This document shows, piece by piece, positions 1-11,316 of a DNA stretch of 64,000 nt (position 1 is its first letter; each line of letters starts with the position of its first letter). The stretch is from NCBI GenBank assembly GCA_002010065.2, contig MTMD02000011.1, positions 1-64,000 of the forward strand, in the 5' to 3' direction. The position numbers and the translations under genes are program-made. Below the pieces are notes generated by a model. That model did not search any database, was not told where the DNA came from, and saw nothing but the letters and a program-made list of their open reading frames with translations. This stretch comes from Candidatus Pyrohabitans jungbluthii (GTDB lineage Archaea > Hydrothermarchaeota > Hydrothermarchaeia > Hydrothermarchaeales > BMS3B).

Positions 1-72
1 GTCTCCACCGCCATGGTGCTCATACTGCTTTTCAGCATCTTCAAACCCAGCTTTCTTATGGCAGGTGGTTGA
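1..72 (+). CDS. 3' end of a hydrophobic (membrane) protein, truncated by the window edge
   Basis: Frame 1 is open from base 1 (VSTAMVLILLFSIFKPSFLMAGG*) and the TGA directly abuts the ATG at 73. Confidence 0.55.
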   Translation, partial: VSTAMVLILLFSIFKPSFLMAGG

Positions 73-705
73 ATGGACCTGGAGACTAGGAGGCAGCTTA
101 TCCACATGAGCGGGGCTGTTACGCCTTTCTACCTTCAGTTCTTCTACGAGCGCTTCTCCTCCTGGCTCGCCCCCGAGGCACTCGTTGCGGGGATGCTGGC
201 AGTGGGCTACTGTATTGCCTACCTGTACAAGCGCGGGGTTCGCATACCAGTGTTTGCGACGCTTGTGGACATCGCCGAGCGTGAGGAGGTTAAGGCGCAT
301 TCCCCCGGCAAGGGTACCTTCAGGTTCTTCCTCGGTGTCCTAGCAACGATGGTGGTATTCGGCTCGCTGCTGGGCGCACCCTTCTTCGTCGTGGGCTCTG
401 GCATTTTAGTGCTAGCACTGGGCGATTCGATGTCCACCCTTGCGGGGAAAAAGTTGGGCAGGAGAAAGCTGCCCTACAACAGGGAGAAAAGCGTGGAAGG
501 CTCGCTTATAGGCGCAGGCTACGCGTTTTTGGGTGTTCTTCTCTACCTGAGCATCTTCCATGGAGTTGGGTTGGGGCATACGGTCAAGCTGGCGCTTGCA
601 GCGGCTGCAGTGGGCATGTTTGTTGAGTCGCTCCCGCTGAAGGTGGACGATAACTTCCTCATCCCCCTCGCGAGCAGCGCTGCGGTGTATGCTGTTTTTC
701 TATAA
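73..705 (+). CDS. Dolichol/phytol kinase-like (CTP-dependent polyprenol kinase family) membrane protein
   Basis: RQLIH at the N-terminus, LALGDSMSTLAGK, KSVEGS and DDNFLIP motifs, multiple TM segments. Confidence 0.8.
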   Translation: MDLETRRQLIHMSGAVTPFYLQFFYERFSSWLAPEALVAGMLAVGYCIAYLYKRGVRIPVFATLVDIAEREEVKAHSPGKGTFRFFLGVLATMVVFGSLLGAPFFVVGSGILVLALGDSMSTLAGKKLGRRKLPYNREKSVEGSLIGAGYAFLGVLLYLSIFHGVGLGHTVKLALAAAAVGMFVESLPLKVDDNFLIPLASSAAVYAVFL

Positions 706-760
706 ACCATTACACACGTTACTGCTCTCACAAACCCACATCACATGCTTGTGACGAACC

Positions 761-780
761 AAACGAAATATATATATACC
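761..780 (+). promoter_or_regulatory. Putative BRE/TATA promoter of the ribosomal protein superoperon
   Basis: AAACGAAATATATATATACC (purine-rich BRE plus TATA) about 115 bp upstream of the rpl3 start; SD GAGGTGA lies just before the ATG. Confidence 0.55.
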
Positions 781-891
781 AGTAATACATCTTTTCAGTA
801 AGCCATCCCCCTCTGAGCCGGAAAGCTCGGGGGATTTTGTTCTTGGTGCAACTTTAAAAGAGAAGGCACCAGATTGTGATGAGGTGAAGAA

Positions 892-1887
892 ATGGGAAAG
901 AGAGCGCATCATCCGCATCGCGGAAGCCTTGGATTCAGCCCGCGCAAGCGTGCAGCTTCGCCAGTGCCAAAGATAAAGCGCTGGGTAGTTGAAGATAGAG
1001 TGAGAATGCAGGGTTTTGCGGGCTACAAGGCGGGAATGACTCATGTTGTGCTCATTGACGACTACCCGCACAGCCTTACCCATGGAGAGGAGATAACCAA
1101 GCCGGTGACTGTGGTTGAGGTACCGCCCCTTAAAGTTTTCGGGGTGAGGCTCTACGAAAGGAACACCTTCGGGCTGCGCACCCTGAGCGAGGCATGGGCG
1201 AAAGAGCTTGAGAAGGACCTTGCGAGGCGGCTTCCGCTTCCAAAGAAACTGGAGAAGAGTGTTGAAGAGCTTGAATCTTACCTGGATAAAGTAGAGCAGG
1301 TTCGTCTTCTTGTTCATACTCAGCCGAGAGTTACCGGCATTGGGAAGAAGAAGCCGGAGGTTATGGAATACCTGGTCTCCGGTAATGTGAGCGAAGCCTT
1401 TGAGTATGCAAAGGAGAAGCTGGGCAAGGAGCTCAGAATAGGCGATGTGTTTGAGGAAGGCGAATTCGTAGATGTGATGGCGGTTACAAAGGGCAAGGGA
1501 TTCCAGAGCCCCGTGCGCAGATGGGGTGTGAAGATTCTGCACCACAAGACGCGCAAGGGCAGGCGCACCGCGGGTACGCTGGGGCCGTGGCATCCCTCTG
1601 CCATGATGTGGTCAGTGCCCCAGAGTGGTCAGATGGGTTACCATCACCGCACCGAGTACAACAAGCGCATTCTGAAGATTGGCGAGAATGGCGAGGAGGT
1701 AACGCCCAAAGGTGGATTTCTGGGCTATGGTATTGTGCGTGGCGATTACATAATTCTCGAGGGCTCTATACCTGGGCCGAGGAAGAGGCTTGTGCGCTTC
1801 AGGCCTGCGATTCGCCCGCCAGAGCACCTGCCAGAGGGCAAGCCTCAGCTTACCTACATAAGCCTTGAGTCCAAGCAGGGTGTGTGA
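892..1887 (+). CDS. rpl3: 50S ribosomal protein uL3
   Basis: [39 protein letters not shown]. Confidence 0.98.
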   Translation: MGKRAHHPHRGSLGFSPRKRAASPVPKIKRWVVEDRVRMQGFAGYKAGMTHVVLIDDYPHSLTHGEEITKPVTVVEVPPLKVFGVRLYERNTFGLRTLSEAWAKELEKDLARRLPLPKKLEKSVEELESYLDKVEQVRLLVHTQPRVTGIGKKKPEVMEYLVSGNVSEAFEYAKEKLGKELRIGDVFEEGEFVDVMAVTKGKGFQSPVRRWGVKILHHKTRKGRRTAGTLGPWHPSAMMWSVPQSGQMGYHHRTEYNKRILKIGENGEEVTPKGGFLGYGIVRGDYIILEGSIPGPRKRLVRFRPAIRPPEHLPEGKPQLTYISLESKQGV

Positions 1888-2669
1888 AGATGGAAGCTAC
1901 TGTTTATTCTCTCGATGGTAAAGCTAAGGGGAAGGTGACGCTTCCCAGAGTGTTCGCCACAGAGTACCGTCCGGATATTATAAAGCGTGCTGTAATAGTC
2001 CAGCAGTCTCATCGGCTACAGCCTTATGGTAGCGACTGGTACGCTGGTAAGCGCACCTCTGCTGAGTCCTGGGGTCCTGGGCATGGCGTATCTCGCGTGC
2101 CCCGCATGAAGGGCTCCCGCTACCCAGGAGCGGGGAGAGCGGCCTTCGTGCCTCAGGCTGTGGGTGGGCGAAGGGCGCATCCGCCTAAAGTTGAGAAGAG
2201 GATATATGAGAAGATAAACCGCAAGGAGAGGCTCAAGGCCATAGCCTCTGCGATCGCCGCGACCGCAAGGCGAGAACTCGTCTTGGCGAGAGGTCATCGT
2301 GTGCCTGAGGATATAGAGCTTCCTGTTGTGGTTGAGGACGCCTTTGAAAAGCTATCCAAGGTTAAGGATGTAAAAGAGGTGTTTGCCTCCCTCAAGCTTC
2401 TTGACGATGTGGAGCGCGCGTCCAAGCGCAAAGTGCGAGCTGGCGTGGGCAAGCGCCGCGGAAGGCGCTACAAGAATAGAAAGAGTGTTCTCATAGTTGT
2501 TGGTGAGGATAAGGGCGTAGTCAAAGCTGCGCGCAACCTACCAGGCGTGGACGTGATTCTCGCCAGAAACCTGAGCGCCGAAGACCTTGCGCCAGGCACG
2601 CACGCTGGAAGGCTTACGCTTTACACCGAAAACGCCTTAAAGGTGCTGGAAGAGAGGTTTGGAGCATGA
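1884..2669 (+). CDS. rpl4: 50S ribosomal protein uL4
   Basis: [27 protein letters not shown]; operon position. Confidence 0.98.
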   Translation: MKMEATVYSLDGKAKGKVTLPRVFATEYRPDIIKRAVIVQQSHRLQPYGSDWYAGKRTSAESWGPGHGVSRVPRMKGSRYPGAGRAAFVPQAVGGRRAHPPKVEKRIYEKINRKERLKAIASAIAATARRELVLARGHRVPEDIELPVVVEDAFEKLSKVKDVKEVFASLKLLDDVERASKRKVRAGVGKRRGRRYKNRKSVLIVVGEDKGVVKAARNLPGVDVILARNLSAEDLAPGTHAGRLTLYTENALKVLEERFGA

Positions 2670-2926
2670 ACCCCCACGAAATAATTATTTCCCCGGACGT
2701 TACTGAGAAGTCGATGAAGATGCTTGAGAATGAGAACAAGCTTGTGTTCGTTGTGAGAAGGGACGCTAACAAGAAGCAGGTGAAGGAAGCCGTGGAGAAG
2801 CTGTATGAAGTAAAGGTGGAAGAGGTTAACACTTCCATAAATCCAAAGGGTGTAAAGAAAGCGTACGTCAGGCTTGCGCCCGAGTATCGTGCCGACGAGG
2901 TGGCTACAAGGATAGGAATATTTTAG
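2666..2926 (+). CDS. rpl23: 50S ribosomal protein uL23
   Basis: TEKSM..LENENKLVFVV, KKAYVRL. Confidence 0.97.
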   Translation: MNPHEIIISPDVTEKSMKMLENENKLVFVVRRDANKKQVKEAVEKLYEVKVEEVNTSINPKGVKKAYVRLAPEYRADEVATRIGIF

Positions 2927-2935
2927 GTGATTGAA

Positions 2936-3655
2936 ATGGGTAAGCGTATAATTTCACAGCGCCGTGGAAAGGGAAGCATCGTATTCAGGGCACCCTCTCA
3001 TCGCTATCGCTGCGAACTTAAGTATCGCAAATACGACGAGAAGGAGAAGAATGGAAAAGTTGTAGGGAAGGTAATAGACATACTACACGATCCGGCGCGC
3101 ACTGCGCCTCTGCTAAGAGTGGTGTTCGAGGGGAGGGAAAAGATGTATCTTCTTGCTCAGGAGGGGATTAAGGTTGGCGACACCATTGAGGCTGGTGCAG
3201 AGGCTGCTATTTCTCCCGGTAATGTTCTTCCCCTCGGAAATATCCCAGAAGGTACGCCTGTTTGCAACATTGAGAACCACCCGGGCGATGGTGGCAAGCT
3301 TATAAGGAGCGCAGGTGCCTATGGTCTTGTAGTCTCCCACGAAGGTCCGAGAACCGTAGTTCAGCTCCCCAGTGGTAATCTTAAAATCCTGGACTCGAGA
3401 TGCAGGGCTACAATAGGTGTGGTCGCTGGAGGAGGGCGCAGGGATAAGCCAATTATGAAGGCAGGGAAGCGATTCCACATGCTGCGCTCCAAGGCCAAAT
3501 ACTGGCCTATTGTTAGAAAGGTTGCTATGAACCCTGTGGACCACCCATTCGGTGGAGGTTCGCATTCACCCGGTAAGCCCACTACCATCTCGCGCAGAAT
3601 GCCTCCAGGCAAGAAGGTTGGCCTTATATCTGCGCGCAGGACTGGGAGGCGATAG
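2936..3655 (+). CDS. rpl2: 50S ribosomal protein uL2
   Basis: [33 protein letters not shown]; ATG start chosen after the GGTGA SD. Confidence 0.98.
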   Translation: MGKRIISQRRGKGSIVFRAPSHRYRCELKYRKYDEKEKNGKVVGKVIDILHDPARTAPLLRVVFEGREKMYLLAQEGIKVGDTIEAGAEAAISPGNVLPLGNIPEGTPVCNIENHPGDGGKLIRSAGAYGLVVSHEGPRTVVQLPSGNLKILDSRCRATIGVVAGGGRRDKPIMKAGKRFHMLRSKAKYWPIVRKVAMNPVDHPFGGGSHSPGKPTTISRRMPPGKKVGLISARRTGRR

Positions 3656-3657
3656 AT

Positions 3658-4053
3658 ATGGCAAGGAAGGAGTTTACATATCGCGGTTACACCCTTGAAG
3701 AGCTCCAGAAGATGAGCTTGGATGAGCTCATAGAGCTTCTTCCCGCGCGGCAGAGGCGATCGCTTAAGCGCGGTTTAACCCCTCTACAGAAGAAGTTAAT
3801 GGAAAAGGTGAAGAAGGCTCTCAACGGCGAGAGGGTTAAGCTTCGCACCCATGCGAGGGATATGGTAATCCTGCCCAACATGGTGGGCTTGACCTTCGAG
3901 GTGCACAATGGCAAAGAGTGGACGCGCGTGGAGGTAAAGCCTGAGATGATTGGTCATTATTTGGGCGAGTTCTCCCTCACGAGGAAGAGGGTGCAGCATG
4001 GCTCGCCCGGTATGGGAGCTACACGAAGCTCAATGTATGTGCCGCTTAAGTAG
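3658..4053 (+). CDS. rps19: 30S ribosomal protein uS19
   Basis: [36 protein letters not shown]. Confidence 0.98.
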   Translation: MARKEFTYRGYTLEELQKMSLDELIELLPARQRRSLKRGLTPLQKKLMEKVKKALNGERVKLRTHARDMVILPNMVGLTFEVHNGKEWTRVEVKPEMIGHYLGEFSLTRKRVQHGSPGMGATRSSMYVPLK

Positions 4054-4062
4054 GTGATTTCC

Positions 4063-4524
4063 GTGGCGAAGCTGGGCTACTCCTTCAGGGTTGAAAATGA
4101 AGAAAAAATCGCCAAGGCGATGGGCAGAGCTATGCGAATTTCGCCAAAGTGGAGCATAGAGATAGCCCGCGAACTTCGCGGAATGAAGCTAGAAAAAGCC
4201 AAGCGCTATCTTGAGGATATAATAGCCATGCGCCGCCCCCTGCCCCTGCGCAGGTTCAAGAAGGGCGTTGCCCACCGCAGGGGTTTGGTTAAGGCTTACG
4301 CGGGCAGGTATCCTCAAAAGGCAGCGAAACACGTGCTCAAGCTCCTGGAGAGTGCCCAGGCGAATGCCGAGTACAAGGGTTTAGACCCTGAGAGGCTGTT
4401 CATTAAGCACATTGCGGCGCAGCGTGGCCCTGTAATTAGAGGCTGGCTTCCCCGCGCCTATGGCAGGGCTACGCCTCACAACACTCCTACCACGCATATG
4501 GAAGTGATTCTCGAGGAAAGGTGA
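4063..4524 (+). CDS. rpl22: 50S ribosomal protein uL22
   Basis: ISPKWSIEI, GRYPQKAA, PRAYGRATP; the GTG start could be 4054 or 4063. Confidence 0.97.
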   Translation: MAKLGYSFRVENEEKIAKAMGRAMRISPKWSIEIARELRGMKLEKAKRYLEDIIAMRRPLPLRRFKKGVAHRRGLVKAYAGRYPQKAAKHVLKLLESAQANAEYKGLDPERLFIKHIAAQRGPVIRGWLPRAYGRATPHNTPTTHMEVILEER

Positions 4525-4528
4525 TTTC

Positions 4529-5335
4529 ATGGCGCTGGAGAGGAAGTTCATCGAGGACAACATCCGCAAGTTTGAAGTAAAGGAGTTCCTGCAACGCGAG
4601 CTGGAGCGCGCTGGCTGTGGTGAGATAGACATCCAGCGCACACCTCTTGGTACGCGTGTTATTGTGCATGTGCAGCGTCCTGGTCTTGTTATAGGTCGCA
4701 AGGGGCAGGCGATACGCAAGCTTACCACCATACTCAAAACTCGCTTTGGTCTGGATAATCCCCAGATTGAGGTAAACGAGCTCGAAGTACCTGAGCTTAA
4801 TCCAAATGTTATGGCAAGGAGCATAGCCAATGCACTGGAGCGGGGCATACATTTCCGCAGGGCAGCTTATACAGCGCTGCGCAGGATAATGGAAGCCGGT
4901 GCAAGAGGTGCGGAGATAACCATCTCCGGTAAGCTCACAGGCGAACGGGCGAAGACTGTGAAGTTCGTTGATGGTTATCTGAAGCACTGTGGCGAGCCTG
5001 CGATGATGTTCGTGAAGGAGGGCTATGCCGTCGCTGCACCCAAACCAGGGGTTATAGGCGTTAAGGTAAAGATAATGCCTCCGGGCACGCGCTTGCCTGA
5101 TGACATAATATACAAGGAGCAGCCTGAAGTACCCTCTAAGGGTGAAGAGGAAGAGAAGGGTGAGATAGAGGAGATTGTGGAGCAGCTTCAGGAGGAGATT
5201 GCAGAAGAGGGTGAGAGCAAGGAGAAGGTAAGCGAGGAGAGCGCTGAGGAGAAGAAGGCTGCAGAGGAAGCTTCGTCAGAGGCGTCTGAGGAGAAGCAGC
5301 CTGAGGAGAGCAGTGAGGAGACGAAGGAGGCTTAA
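4529..5335 (+). CDS. rps3: 30S ribosomal protein uS3 with long acidic C-terminal tail
   Basis: RPGLVIGRKG KH motif, ISGKLTGERA, GVIGVKVKIM; about 70-aa Glu-rich tail. Confidence 0.97.
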   Translation: MALERKFIEDNIRKFEVKEFLQRELERAGCGEIDIQRTPLGTRVIVHVQRPGLVIGRKGQAIRKLTTILKTRFGLDNPQIEVNELEVPELNPNVMARSIANALERGIHFRRAAYTALRRIMEAGARGAEITISGKLTGERAKTVKFVDGYLKHCGEPAMMFVKEGYAVAAPKPGVIGVKVKIMPPGTRLPDDIIYKEQPEVPSKGEEEEKGEIEEIVEQLQEEIAEEGESKEKVSEESAEEKKAAEEASSEASEEKQPEESSEETKEA

Positions 5336-5337
5336 CA

Positions 5338-5544
5338 ATGGCGATACTCAGGGCAAGTGAGATTAGGGACATGGGCATGGAGGAGCTGAAGGAGAAGCTG
5401 GAAGAGCTGAGAATGGAACTCCTCAGGGAGCGCTCTAAAGCGGCGGCGGTGGGCGTGCCTGACAATCCTGGCAGAGTGCGCGAGCTTCGCAGAACAATCG
5501 CCAGACTACTGACAATAATGAAGGAGAAGGAAAAATCTTCATAG
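5338..5544 (+). CDS. rpl29: 50S ribosomal protein uL29
   Basis: LRASEIRDM, NPGRVRELRRTIARLLT. Confidence 0.97.
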   Translation: MAILRASEIRDMGMEELKEKLEELRMELLRERSKAAAVGVPDNPGRVRELRRTIARLLTIMKEKEKSS

Positions 5545-5557
5545 TTACTGAGCCGTT

Positions 5558-5821
5558 ATGAATCTCCGGGCAAAGTACATAACAAAACATGAATTAATTG
5601 GCCTCGAATGCGAAATCGTGGCTGCCACCGACCCTACCTTGGTAGGGCTCCGCGGTGTGGTGGTGGATGAGACCAGAAATATGCTCACCCTCGAAATTGA
5701 GGGTAAGCGCAAGAAGGTAGCCAAGGCAATAGCCACATTTCGCTTTCGCGTGGGCAATCGATTGGTTGAGGTTGAGGGCAAGACCCTCGTTGCCAGACCT
5801 GAAGATAGGATAAAAAGGTGA
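5558..5821 (+). CDS. rnp1: Ribonuclease P protein component 1 (aRpp29/Pop4)
   Basis: HELIGL, GVVVDETRNML, RPEDRIK; conserved position in the operon. Confidence 0.93.
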   Translation: MNLRAKYITKHELIGLECEIVAATDPTLVGLRGVVVDETRNMLTLEIEGKRKKVAKAIATFRFRVGNRLVEVEGKTLVARPEDRIKR

Positions 5822-5827
5822 AAAAGT

Positions 5828-6151
5828 ATGCGCGACATAGGCGTTGACGTCAAGCCTCCGGAAAAAAGCTGCGAGGATAAAAACTGTCCCTTCCACGGGC
5901 ACCTTAAGGTTAGAGGGCAGATTATAGAAGGCAAAGTGGTTAGCAACGGCATGCACAACAGCGTTGTAGTCCAAAAAGATTACCTTCGTTACATTAAGAA
6001 ATACGAAAGATACGAGAAGCGCAGAAGCAGAATACTCGCCCACAATCCACCCTGCATCTCCGCAAAGGTGGGTGACAGGGTAAAGATTATGGAGTGCAGA
6101 CCCATCAGTAAAGCCAAGAGTTTTGTGGTGATTGAGAAGGAGGCAGAGTGA
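5828..6151 (+). CDS. rps17: 30S ribosomal protein uS17
   Basis: [29 protein letters not shown]. Confidence 0.97.
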   Translation: MRDIGVDVKPPEKSCEDKNCPFHGHLKVRGQIIEGKVVSNGMHNSVVVQKDYLRYIKKYERYEKRRSRILAHNPPCISAKVGDRVKIMECRPISKAKSFVVIEKEAE

Positions 6152-6152
6152 G

Positions 6153-6551
6153 ATGCAGGGCATCAAGGCTAACGTTACAAGGGCACTTCCGAGTGGCGCT
6201 CGTTTGGATGTGGTGGACAACACGGGCGCAAAGGAGATAGAGATAATCCAGGTTATTGGATTCAAGGGTACGAGAAGACGCTACCCCAGTGCTGGTGTGG
6301 GCGACATGGTGGTGGCGTCGGTTAAGAAGGGCACCCCGGAGATGCGCAAACAGGTTGTGCGGGCGGTGATAATACGCCAGCGCAAGGAGTACCGCCGCCG
6401 CGATGGCACGCGCATTAAATTTGAGGACAACGCTGCGGTGATAACCAACGAGAAGGGCGAGCCCAAGGGCAGTGAGATTAAGGGCCCCGTCGCAAAGGAG
6501 GCGGCGGAGCGCTGGTCGAAGATAGCGAGTGTTGCCAGCATAATAGTTTAA
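6153..6551 (+). CDS. rpl14: 50S ribosomal protein uL14
   Basis: [32 protein letters not shown]. Confidence 0.98.
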   Translation: MQGIKANVTRALPSGARLDVVDNTGAKEIEIIQVIGFKGTRRRYPSAGVGDMVVASVKKGTPEMRKQVVRAVIIRQRKEYRRRDGTRIKFEDNAAVITNEKGEPKGSEIKGPVAKEAAERWSKIASVASIIV

Positions 6552-6561
6552 GGTGATTGTC

Positions 6562-6912
6562 ATGCCGAGTAAGCAGCCGAGAAAACAGAGGAAGGCGCTG
6601 TTCCGCGCACCTCTCCATCGCAGGCAGAAGCTGGTGAGTGCTCATCTCAGCGAAGAGCTTCGCAAGGAGTATGGCAGGCGAAGCTTACCTGTGCGTAAAG
6701 GAGATACGGTGCGAGTGCTCCGCGGTGATTTTCGCGGGCATGAGGGTTTGGTTGAGAGAGTGGATTTAAAGAGGATGCGCATCTACGTGACCGGTGTAAC
6801 AGTGCAGCGCAGTGATGGAAGTGAGCGCCTCTATCCTGTTCATCCCTCAAATGTGGAGATAGTAAAGCTGGAACTTAAAGACGAGGAAAGAAAGAACGTA
6901 CTTGAGAGGTAG
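6562..6912 (+). CDS. rpl24: 50S ribosomal protein uL24
   Basis: [26 protein letters not shown]. Confidence 0.97.
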   Translation: MPSKQPRKQRKALFRAPLHRRQKLVSAHLSEELRKEYGRRSLPVRKGDTVRVLRGDFRGHEGLVERVDLKRMRIYVTGVTVQRSDGSERLYPVHPSNVEIVKLELKDEERKNVLER

Positions 6913-6917
6913 TGCTC

Positions 6918-7652
6918 ATGAGCAAGCATGCAAAGCGTTTAACGGCACCTAAGGCGGTGAAGATTCCGCGCCGTGCGAGCAAGTTCATAGTGAAGCCCCG
7001 CCCAGGGCCACACCCTCAGGAGCGTAGCATGGCCCTTCTGGTAGTGGTAAGAGATATGCTTGGGTATGCGAAGAACTCCCGTGAAGCGAAGAAGATAATC
7101 AAAGCCGGGAAGGTGCTCGTCGATGCGAGGCCGCGCAAGGACCATAAATTCCCCGTGGGTTTGATGGACATAATCCACATTCCCGAGGCGGGGCTCTACA
7201 AAATTGTGCTCTTTGACAGAAAGGGCAGGCTTGTGCTTAAAGACCTGCCTGAAGAGCGTGCAAGTGCGAAGCTGTGCAGGATAAACAACAAGACCATCGT
7301 GAAGGGTGGGCACATCCAGCTTAACCTGCACGACGGCAGGAATGTTCTTATCCGTGTAAAGGATCCCGCTAAGCCGGAGGAGGATGTGTACTCCACCAAG
7401 GACACTGTGCTTCTCGATCTGAATAGTGGTAGCATAGTAAAGCACCTGGAGTACAAGGAAGGAAACCTAGCTTACATTATCGGCGGGAGCCACATGGGCG
7501 AGGTTGCAAAGATTAAAGAGATAAAGAAGGTGCGCTCGCCGCAACCAAACGTTGTTGTGCTCACCAGAGATGGTGAAGAGTTTGAGACCATTGAGGATTA
7601 CGTGTTTGTTGTAGGCGAGGAAGAGCCAGTTCTTCCGGAGGTGCTGAATTGA
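6918..7652 (+). CDS. rps4e: 30S ribosomal protein eS4
   Basis: KHAKRL, PGPH, FPVGLMD, QLNLHDGRN. Confidence 0.97.
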   Translation: MSKHAKRLTAPKAVKIPRRASKFIVKPRPGPHPQERSMALLVVVRDMLGYAKNSREAKKIIKAGKVLVDARPRKDHKFPVGLMDIIHIPEAGLYKIVLFDRKGRLVLKDLPEERASAKLCRINNKTIVKGGHIQLNLHDGRNVLIRVKDPAKPEEDVYSTKDTVLLDLNSGSIVKHLEYKEGNLAYIIGGSHMGEVAKIKEIKKVRSPQPNVVVLTRDGEEFETIEDYVFVVGEEEPVLPEVLN

Positions 7653-8158
7653 ACCCCATGCGCAGGCTTCGTATAGCCAAGGTTACTGTGAACATGGGTG
7701 TCGGCGAGGCAGGTGAGCGCTTAGCTAAGGGAGTCCAGCTTCTGGAGGAGCTTACAGGGCAGAAGCCGGTGCACACCATAGCAAAACGCACCATTCAGCC
7801 CTTCGGGATAAGGAAAGGCTTAGCCATAGGCTGCAAGGTAACTCTTCGCGGCGAAAAGGCGATGAAGTTCCTGCGCGATGCTTTTGCGGCTGTCGATAAT
7901 CGCATTAAGGCGAGCAACTTTGATGAGCAGGGCAACTTCGCTTTCGGTATACGGGAGCACATAGACTTGCCTGGTGTAAAGTACGACCCCATGGTGGGTA
8001 TCTACGGCATGGATGTGTGCGTTGCCATTGAGCGCCCTGGCTATCGCGTGAAGCATCGTAAGCTTAAGAAGAGCAAGGTTGGCAAGAAGCACCTGGTTAC
8101 CAAGGAGGAAGCGATCAACTTTATTAAGGAGACCTTCAACGTTGAGGTGGAGGCGTAG
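7649..8158 (+). CDS. rpl5: 50S ribosomal protein uL5
   Basis: [28 protein letters not shown]; TTG start overlapping the previous stop. Confidence 0.97.
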   Translation: MNPMRRLRIAKVTVNMGVGEAGERLAKGVQLLEELTGQKPVHTIAKRTIQPFGIRKGLAIGCKVTLRGEKAMKFLRDAFAAVDNRIKASNFDEQGNFAFGIREHIDLPGVKYDPMVGIYGMDVCVAIERPGYRVKHRKLKKSKVGKKHLVTKEEAINFIKETFNVEVEA

Positions 8159-8160
8159 CC

Positions 8161-8304
8161 GTGGTGAAGAAAATAGGCAAAGGAGCGAGGAAGTGCAGAA
8201 GGTGTGGCTCTCATGGCCCGGTGATAAGAAGGTATGGGCTTTACATATGCAGACACTGCTTCCGTGAGGTAGCCCCTGAGATAGGATTTAAAAAGTACGA
8301 ATAG
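8161..8304 (+). CDS. rps14: 30S ribosomal protein uS14 (zinc-binding), absent from the ORF track
   Basis: Manual translation [47 protein letters not shown]; CxxC...CxxC; lies between rpl5 and rps8. Confidence 0.95.
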   Translation: MVKKIGKGARKCRRCGSHGPVIRRYGLYICRHCFREVAPEIGFKKYE

Positions 8305-8316
8305 AGGTGTTTGACG

Positions 8317-8706
8317 ATGCGCTTTGATACTCTGGCGGATGCTCTCTCAACCATAAAGAACAGTGAGTACAACGGTAACTTGAGATGCGTGGTTAAGCCG
8401 GCGTCGAAGATAATAGCGCAGGTGCTGCGCGTCATGCAGGAGTACGGCTACGTCAAGGAGTACGAGTTCGTGGACGACGGCAGGGCAGGGCTGTTCAAGG
8501 TGACGCTTACAGGCAAGATAAACGACTGTGGCGTAATACGCCCGCGCTACGCTGTTGGCAAGGATAATATTGAGAAGTACGAGAAGCGCTTCCTCCCGGC
8601 GAGCGGCTTTGGAGTTATAATAATCTCCACCTCTCAGGGAGTAATGAGTCACTACGAAGCCAAGGAGCGAGGAATAGGCGGCAGACTTCTCGCCTACGTT
8701 TACTGA
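8317..8706 (+). CDS. rps8: 30S ribosomal protein uS8
   Basis: [33 protein letters not shown]. Confidence 0.98.
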   Translation: MRFDTLADALSTIKNSEYNGNLRCVVKPASKIIAQVLRVMQEYGYVKEYEFVDDGRAGLFKVTLTGKINDCGVIRPRYAVGKDNIEKYEKRFLPASGFGVIIISTSQGVMSHYEAKERGIGGRLLAYVY

Positions 8707-8716
8707 GGTGATGCTC

Positions 8717-9262
8717 ATGGCAATACCGCTGCTTAAAGAGGTCGTGGAAATTCCCGAGGGCGTTGATGTGGAGCTGCGCGGTGAGATAGTGGTGGTTCGT
8801 GGTCCAAAGGGCGAACTTCAGAAGCGCCTTGCTTACCCCGGAATAAGGCTCTACAAGGAAGACTCTACAGTAGCCATAGAGGCGAGCTTTCCAAAGAAAA
8901 GGCAGCGTGCCATGATAGGAACCTTCGCAGCGCATATAAGAAATATGATAAAGGGTGTAACTCAGGGCTTCACTTATAAAATGAAGGTGGTTTATTCTCA
9001 TTTCCCTATAACCGTGAAGGTTCAGGGTAGAGAGGTAATAGTTGAGAACTTCCTTGGTGAGAAGGTTCCTAGGAAGACGGAGATATTTGGGAACTGCACA
9101 GTCAAGGTTTCAGGGCAGGAGATAACCATCGAGGGAATAAACAAGGAAGAGGTGGGTCAAACGGCTGCTAGGATAGAGCAGCTAACCAGAGTGAGGAACC
9201 GCGACCCCCGTGTGTTTCAGGATGGCGTTTATCTCGTGGAGCGCGATGGCGTACCTGTGTAG
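8717..9262 (+). CDS. rpl6: 50S ribosomal protein uL6
   Basis: [27 protein letters not shown]; start uncertain (8708-8717). Confidence 0.97.
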   Translation: MAIPLLKEVVEIPEGVDVELRGEIVVVRGPKGELQKRLAYPGIRLYKEDSTVAIEASFPKKRQRAMIGTFAAHIRNMIKGVTQGFTYKMKVVYSHFPITVKVQGREVIVENFLGEKVPRKTEIFGNCTVKVSGQEITIEGINKEEVGQTAARIEQLTRVRNRDPRVFQDGVYLVERDGVPV

Positions 9263-9271
9263 GTGGTGCAG

Positions 9272-9625
9272 ATGAGGACAAAGAAAAAGCCGGAGTTTAA
9301 GCGAGTGGATTATCATCGCCACAAGAAGTTGAGCCGCAGCTCTTGGCGGAAGCCAAGAGGTAGGCACAACAAGACGCGCTTACACAAGAAAGGCAAGTTC
9401 CTTTCGCCAAGCATAGGTTATGGTAACGATGCATCGCTTCGCGGCCTTCACCCTTCTGGTTACCGTGAAGTGCTGGTGTACAACGTTAAGGAGCTTGAGG
9501 GAATTGATGCAAGCAGCGAGGCGGTGCGCATCGCCGCTAGTGTGGGTAGAAGAAAGCGCCTGCAGATTCTCGCAAGGGCAAAGGAGCTGAACATTAAAGT
9601 TCTTAATCCACCTGTGGAGGCTTAA
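9272..9625 (+). CDS. rpl32e: 50S ribosomal protein eL32
   Basis: KKPEFKR, WRKPRG, RGLHPSG, KVLNP. Confidence 0.96.
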   Translation: MRTKKKPEFKRVDYHRHKKLSRSSWRKPRGRHNKTRLHKKGKFLSPSIGYGNDASLRGLHPSGYREVLVYNVKELEGIDASSEAVRIAASVGRRKRLQILARAKELNIKVLNPPVEA

Positions 9626-9629
9626 GGTC

Positions 9630-10082
9630 ATGACGCTAAGGACTCAGCGCAGATTGGCGGCAGCACTGCTTAAGGTGGGAGAGAATAGGATATGGATAGA
9701 CCCCGAAACCATAGACGATGTGAGCGAGGCAGTTACCCGGGATGATGTGCGCAGGCTGATCAAAGAGGGTGTTATACGCGCAAAGCAGAAGCGAGGAATC
9801 AGCAGCTACCGCAGGAAGAAGCAGGTGCTCCAGAAGAAGAAGGGAAGGAGACGGGGTCACGGCAGCAGGAAAGGCGCGAAGTACGCAAGGTATGGGAAGA
9901 AGGAGAGATGGATGTCAACCATACGCGCACTTCGAAAAATGCTGCGCGAGCTGCGCGACAGCGGCGAGCTTAAACCCAGAGACTACCGCAAGCTCTACCG
10001 CATGGCCAAGGGTGGTGCCTTCAGGAGCAGGGCGCACCTCCGCAGCTACATAGCGGAGCATAATCTACTAACCAAGAGGTGA
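9630..10082 (+). CDS. rpl19e: 50S ribosomal protein eL19
   Basis: [36 protein letters not shown]. Confidence 0.97.
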   Translation: MTLRTQRRLAAALLKVGENRIWIDPETIDDVSEAVTRDDVRRLIKEGVIRAKQKRGISSYRRKKQVLQKKKGRRRGHGSRKGAKYARYGKKERWMSTIRALRKMLRELRDSGELKPRDYRKLYRMAKGGAFRSRAHLRSYIAEHNLLTKR

Positions 10083-10089
10083 TTGTTTC

Positions 10090-10662
10090 ATGGCAACTGG
10101 TGCGAGATATCGAGTGCCCTTCAGAAGGAGAAGGGAAAGCAAAACAGACTACAGACGCAGGTTAAAGCTTCTGCTTTCCGGCAAACCCAGGGCGGTTGTG
10201 AGGTTTACAAATAAGCATGTGATTGCCCAGATGGTTGAATACTCACCTAAAGGTGATGTAACAAAGGCGTCGGCTCACTCTAAGGAGCTGGCAAAGTTTG
10301 GCTGGAAGGGTGGAACCTCCAACCTGTGCGCCGCTTACCTGGTGGGCTATCTCCTTGGGAAGCGCGCCCTTGAGAAGGGCATATCTGAGGCGGTGCTCGA
10401 TCTTGGGCTGCTGCACCCCATCGCTGGTGGTAAAGCCTTCGCTGCCCTCAAGGGCATTATCGACGCTGGCTTGGAAGTACCTGCTAACGAGGAGGTGTTC
10501 CCCAGTATGGAGCGTATCCGCGGGGAGCACATCGCAGAGTATGCCAAGCTCCTTGGCGAGGAAAAGCAGAAGCGCTTTAGCGATTATCTTAAGCGCGGTC
10601 TCGACCCGGAGAAGCTGCCGGAGCACTTCGATGAGGTGCTAGCTAAGATAAGAGGTGCATGA
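10090..10662 (+). CDS. rpl18: 50S ribosomal protein uL18
   Basis: [28 protein letters not shown]. Confidence 0.97.
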   Translation: MATGARYRVPFRRRRESKTDYRRRLKLLLSGKPRAVVRFTNKHVIAQMVEYSPKGDVTKASAHSKELAKFGWKGGTSNLCAAYLVGYLLGKRALEKGISEAVLDLGLLHPIAGGKAFAALKGIIDAGLEVPANEEVFPSMERIRGEHIAEYAKLLGEEKQKRFSDYLKRGLDPEKLPEHFDEVLAKIRGA

Positions 10663-10665
10663 GGC

Positions 10666-11316
10666 ATGGTGGAGGAGCTTGAGTGGGAGCCCCGCACACG
10701 CATTGGGGCGATGGTGAAGAACGGAGAAATTACGAAGATAAGTGAGATTTTTAAGCTTGGCTTGCCCATTATGGAGCCTGAGATAGTTGATATTCTCCTG
10801 CCAGACATCACCGAAGAGGTTCTCGACATAAACATAGTGCAGCGAATGCACAAGTCTGGAAGAAGGGTGCGCTTCCGCGCCACTGTTGCGGTGGGCAACA
10901 AGAATGGTTATATAGGCTTGGGTAAGGGTGTTGCCAAGGAGGTAGGTCCCGCGATACGAAAGGCTATTCGTGATGCCAAGCTCAATTTAATTCAGGTTGC
11001 ACGAGGCTGTGGAAGCTGGGAATGCGGTTGTGGCACTAGTCACAGCGTGCCCTTTGCAGTTACCGGTAGAGCAGGAAGCGTGCGGGTAACTCTCCTGCCG
11101 GCGCCCCGTGGCGTTGGTCTGGTCACCAACAATGTGAGCAAGAAGATTCTCACCCTTGCGGGTATCACGGACGTGTGGAGCAAAACCTTCGGGCAGACAC
11201 GCACTACCATAAACACCGCCAAGGCAACCTATGAGGCACTTCGCAACACCACGCGCATGAAGCTTACAGAGAGCGAAGCCAAAGCAGTGAGCATGGTTGA
11301 GGGCGAGGTGGAGTAG
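10666..11316 (+). CDS. rps5: 30S ribosomal protein uS5
   Basis: [32 protein letters not shown]. Confidence 0.97.
   Translation: MVEELEWEPRTRIGAMVKNGEITKISEIFKLGLPIMEPEIVDILLPDITEEVLDINIVQRMHKSGRRVRFRATVAVGNKNGYIGLGKGVAKEVGPAIRKAIRDAKLNLIQVARGCGSWECGCGTSHSVPFAVTGRAGSVRVTLLPAPRGVGLVTNNVSKKILTLAGITDVWSKTFGQTRTTINTAKATYEALRNTTRMKLTESEAKAVSMVEGEVE

Noticed and set aside
700-1593. 297-aa antisense ORF over rpl3, and the many similar shadow ORFs across the ribosomal operon and elsewhere
   Set aside because: They lie opposite or out of frame with clearly identified genes, have no motifs, and are expected from codon bias at this GC content.
5110-5335. Low-complexity GAG-rich stretch resembling a tandem repeat
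   Set aside because: It encodes the acidic C-terminal tail of uS3, a known feature in several euryarchaea.
5544-5558. No SUI1/aIF1 gene between rpl29 and rnp1
   Set aside because: Its presence at this site varies among euryarchaeal lineages, so the absence is not informative alone.
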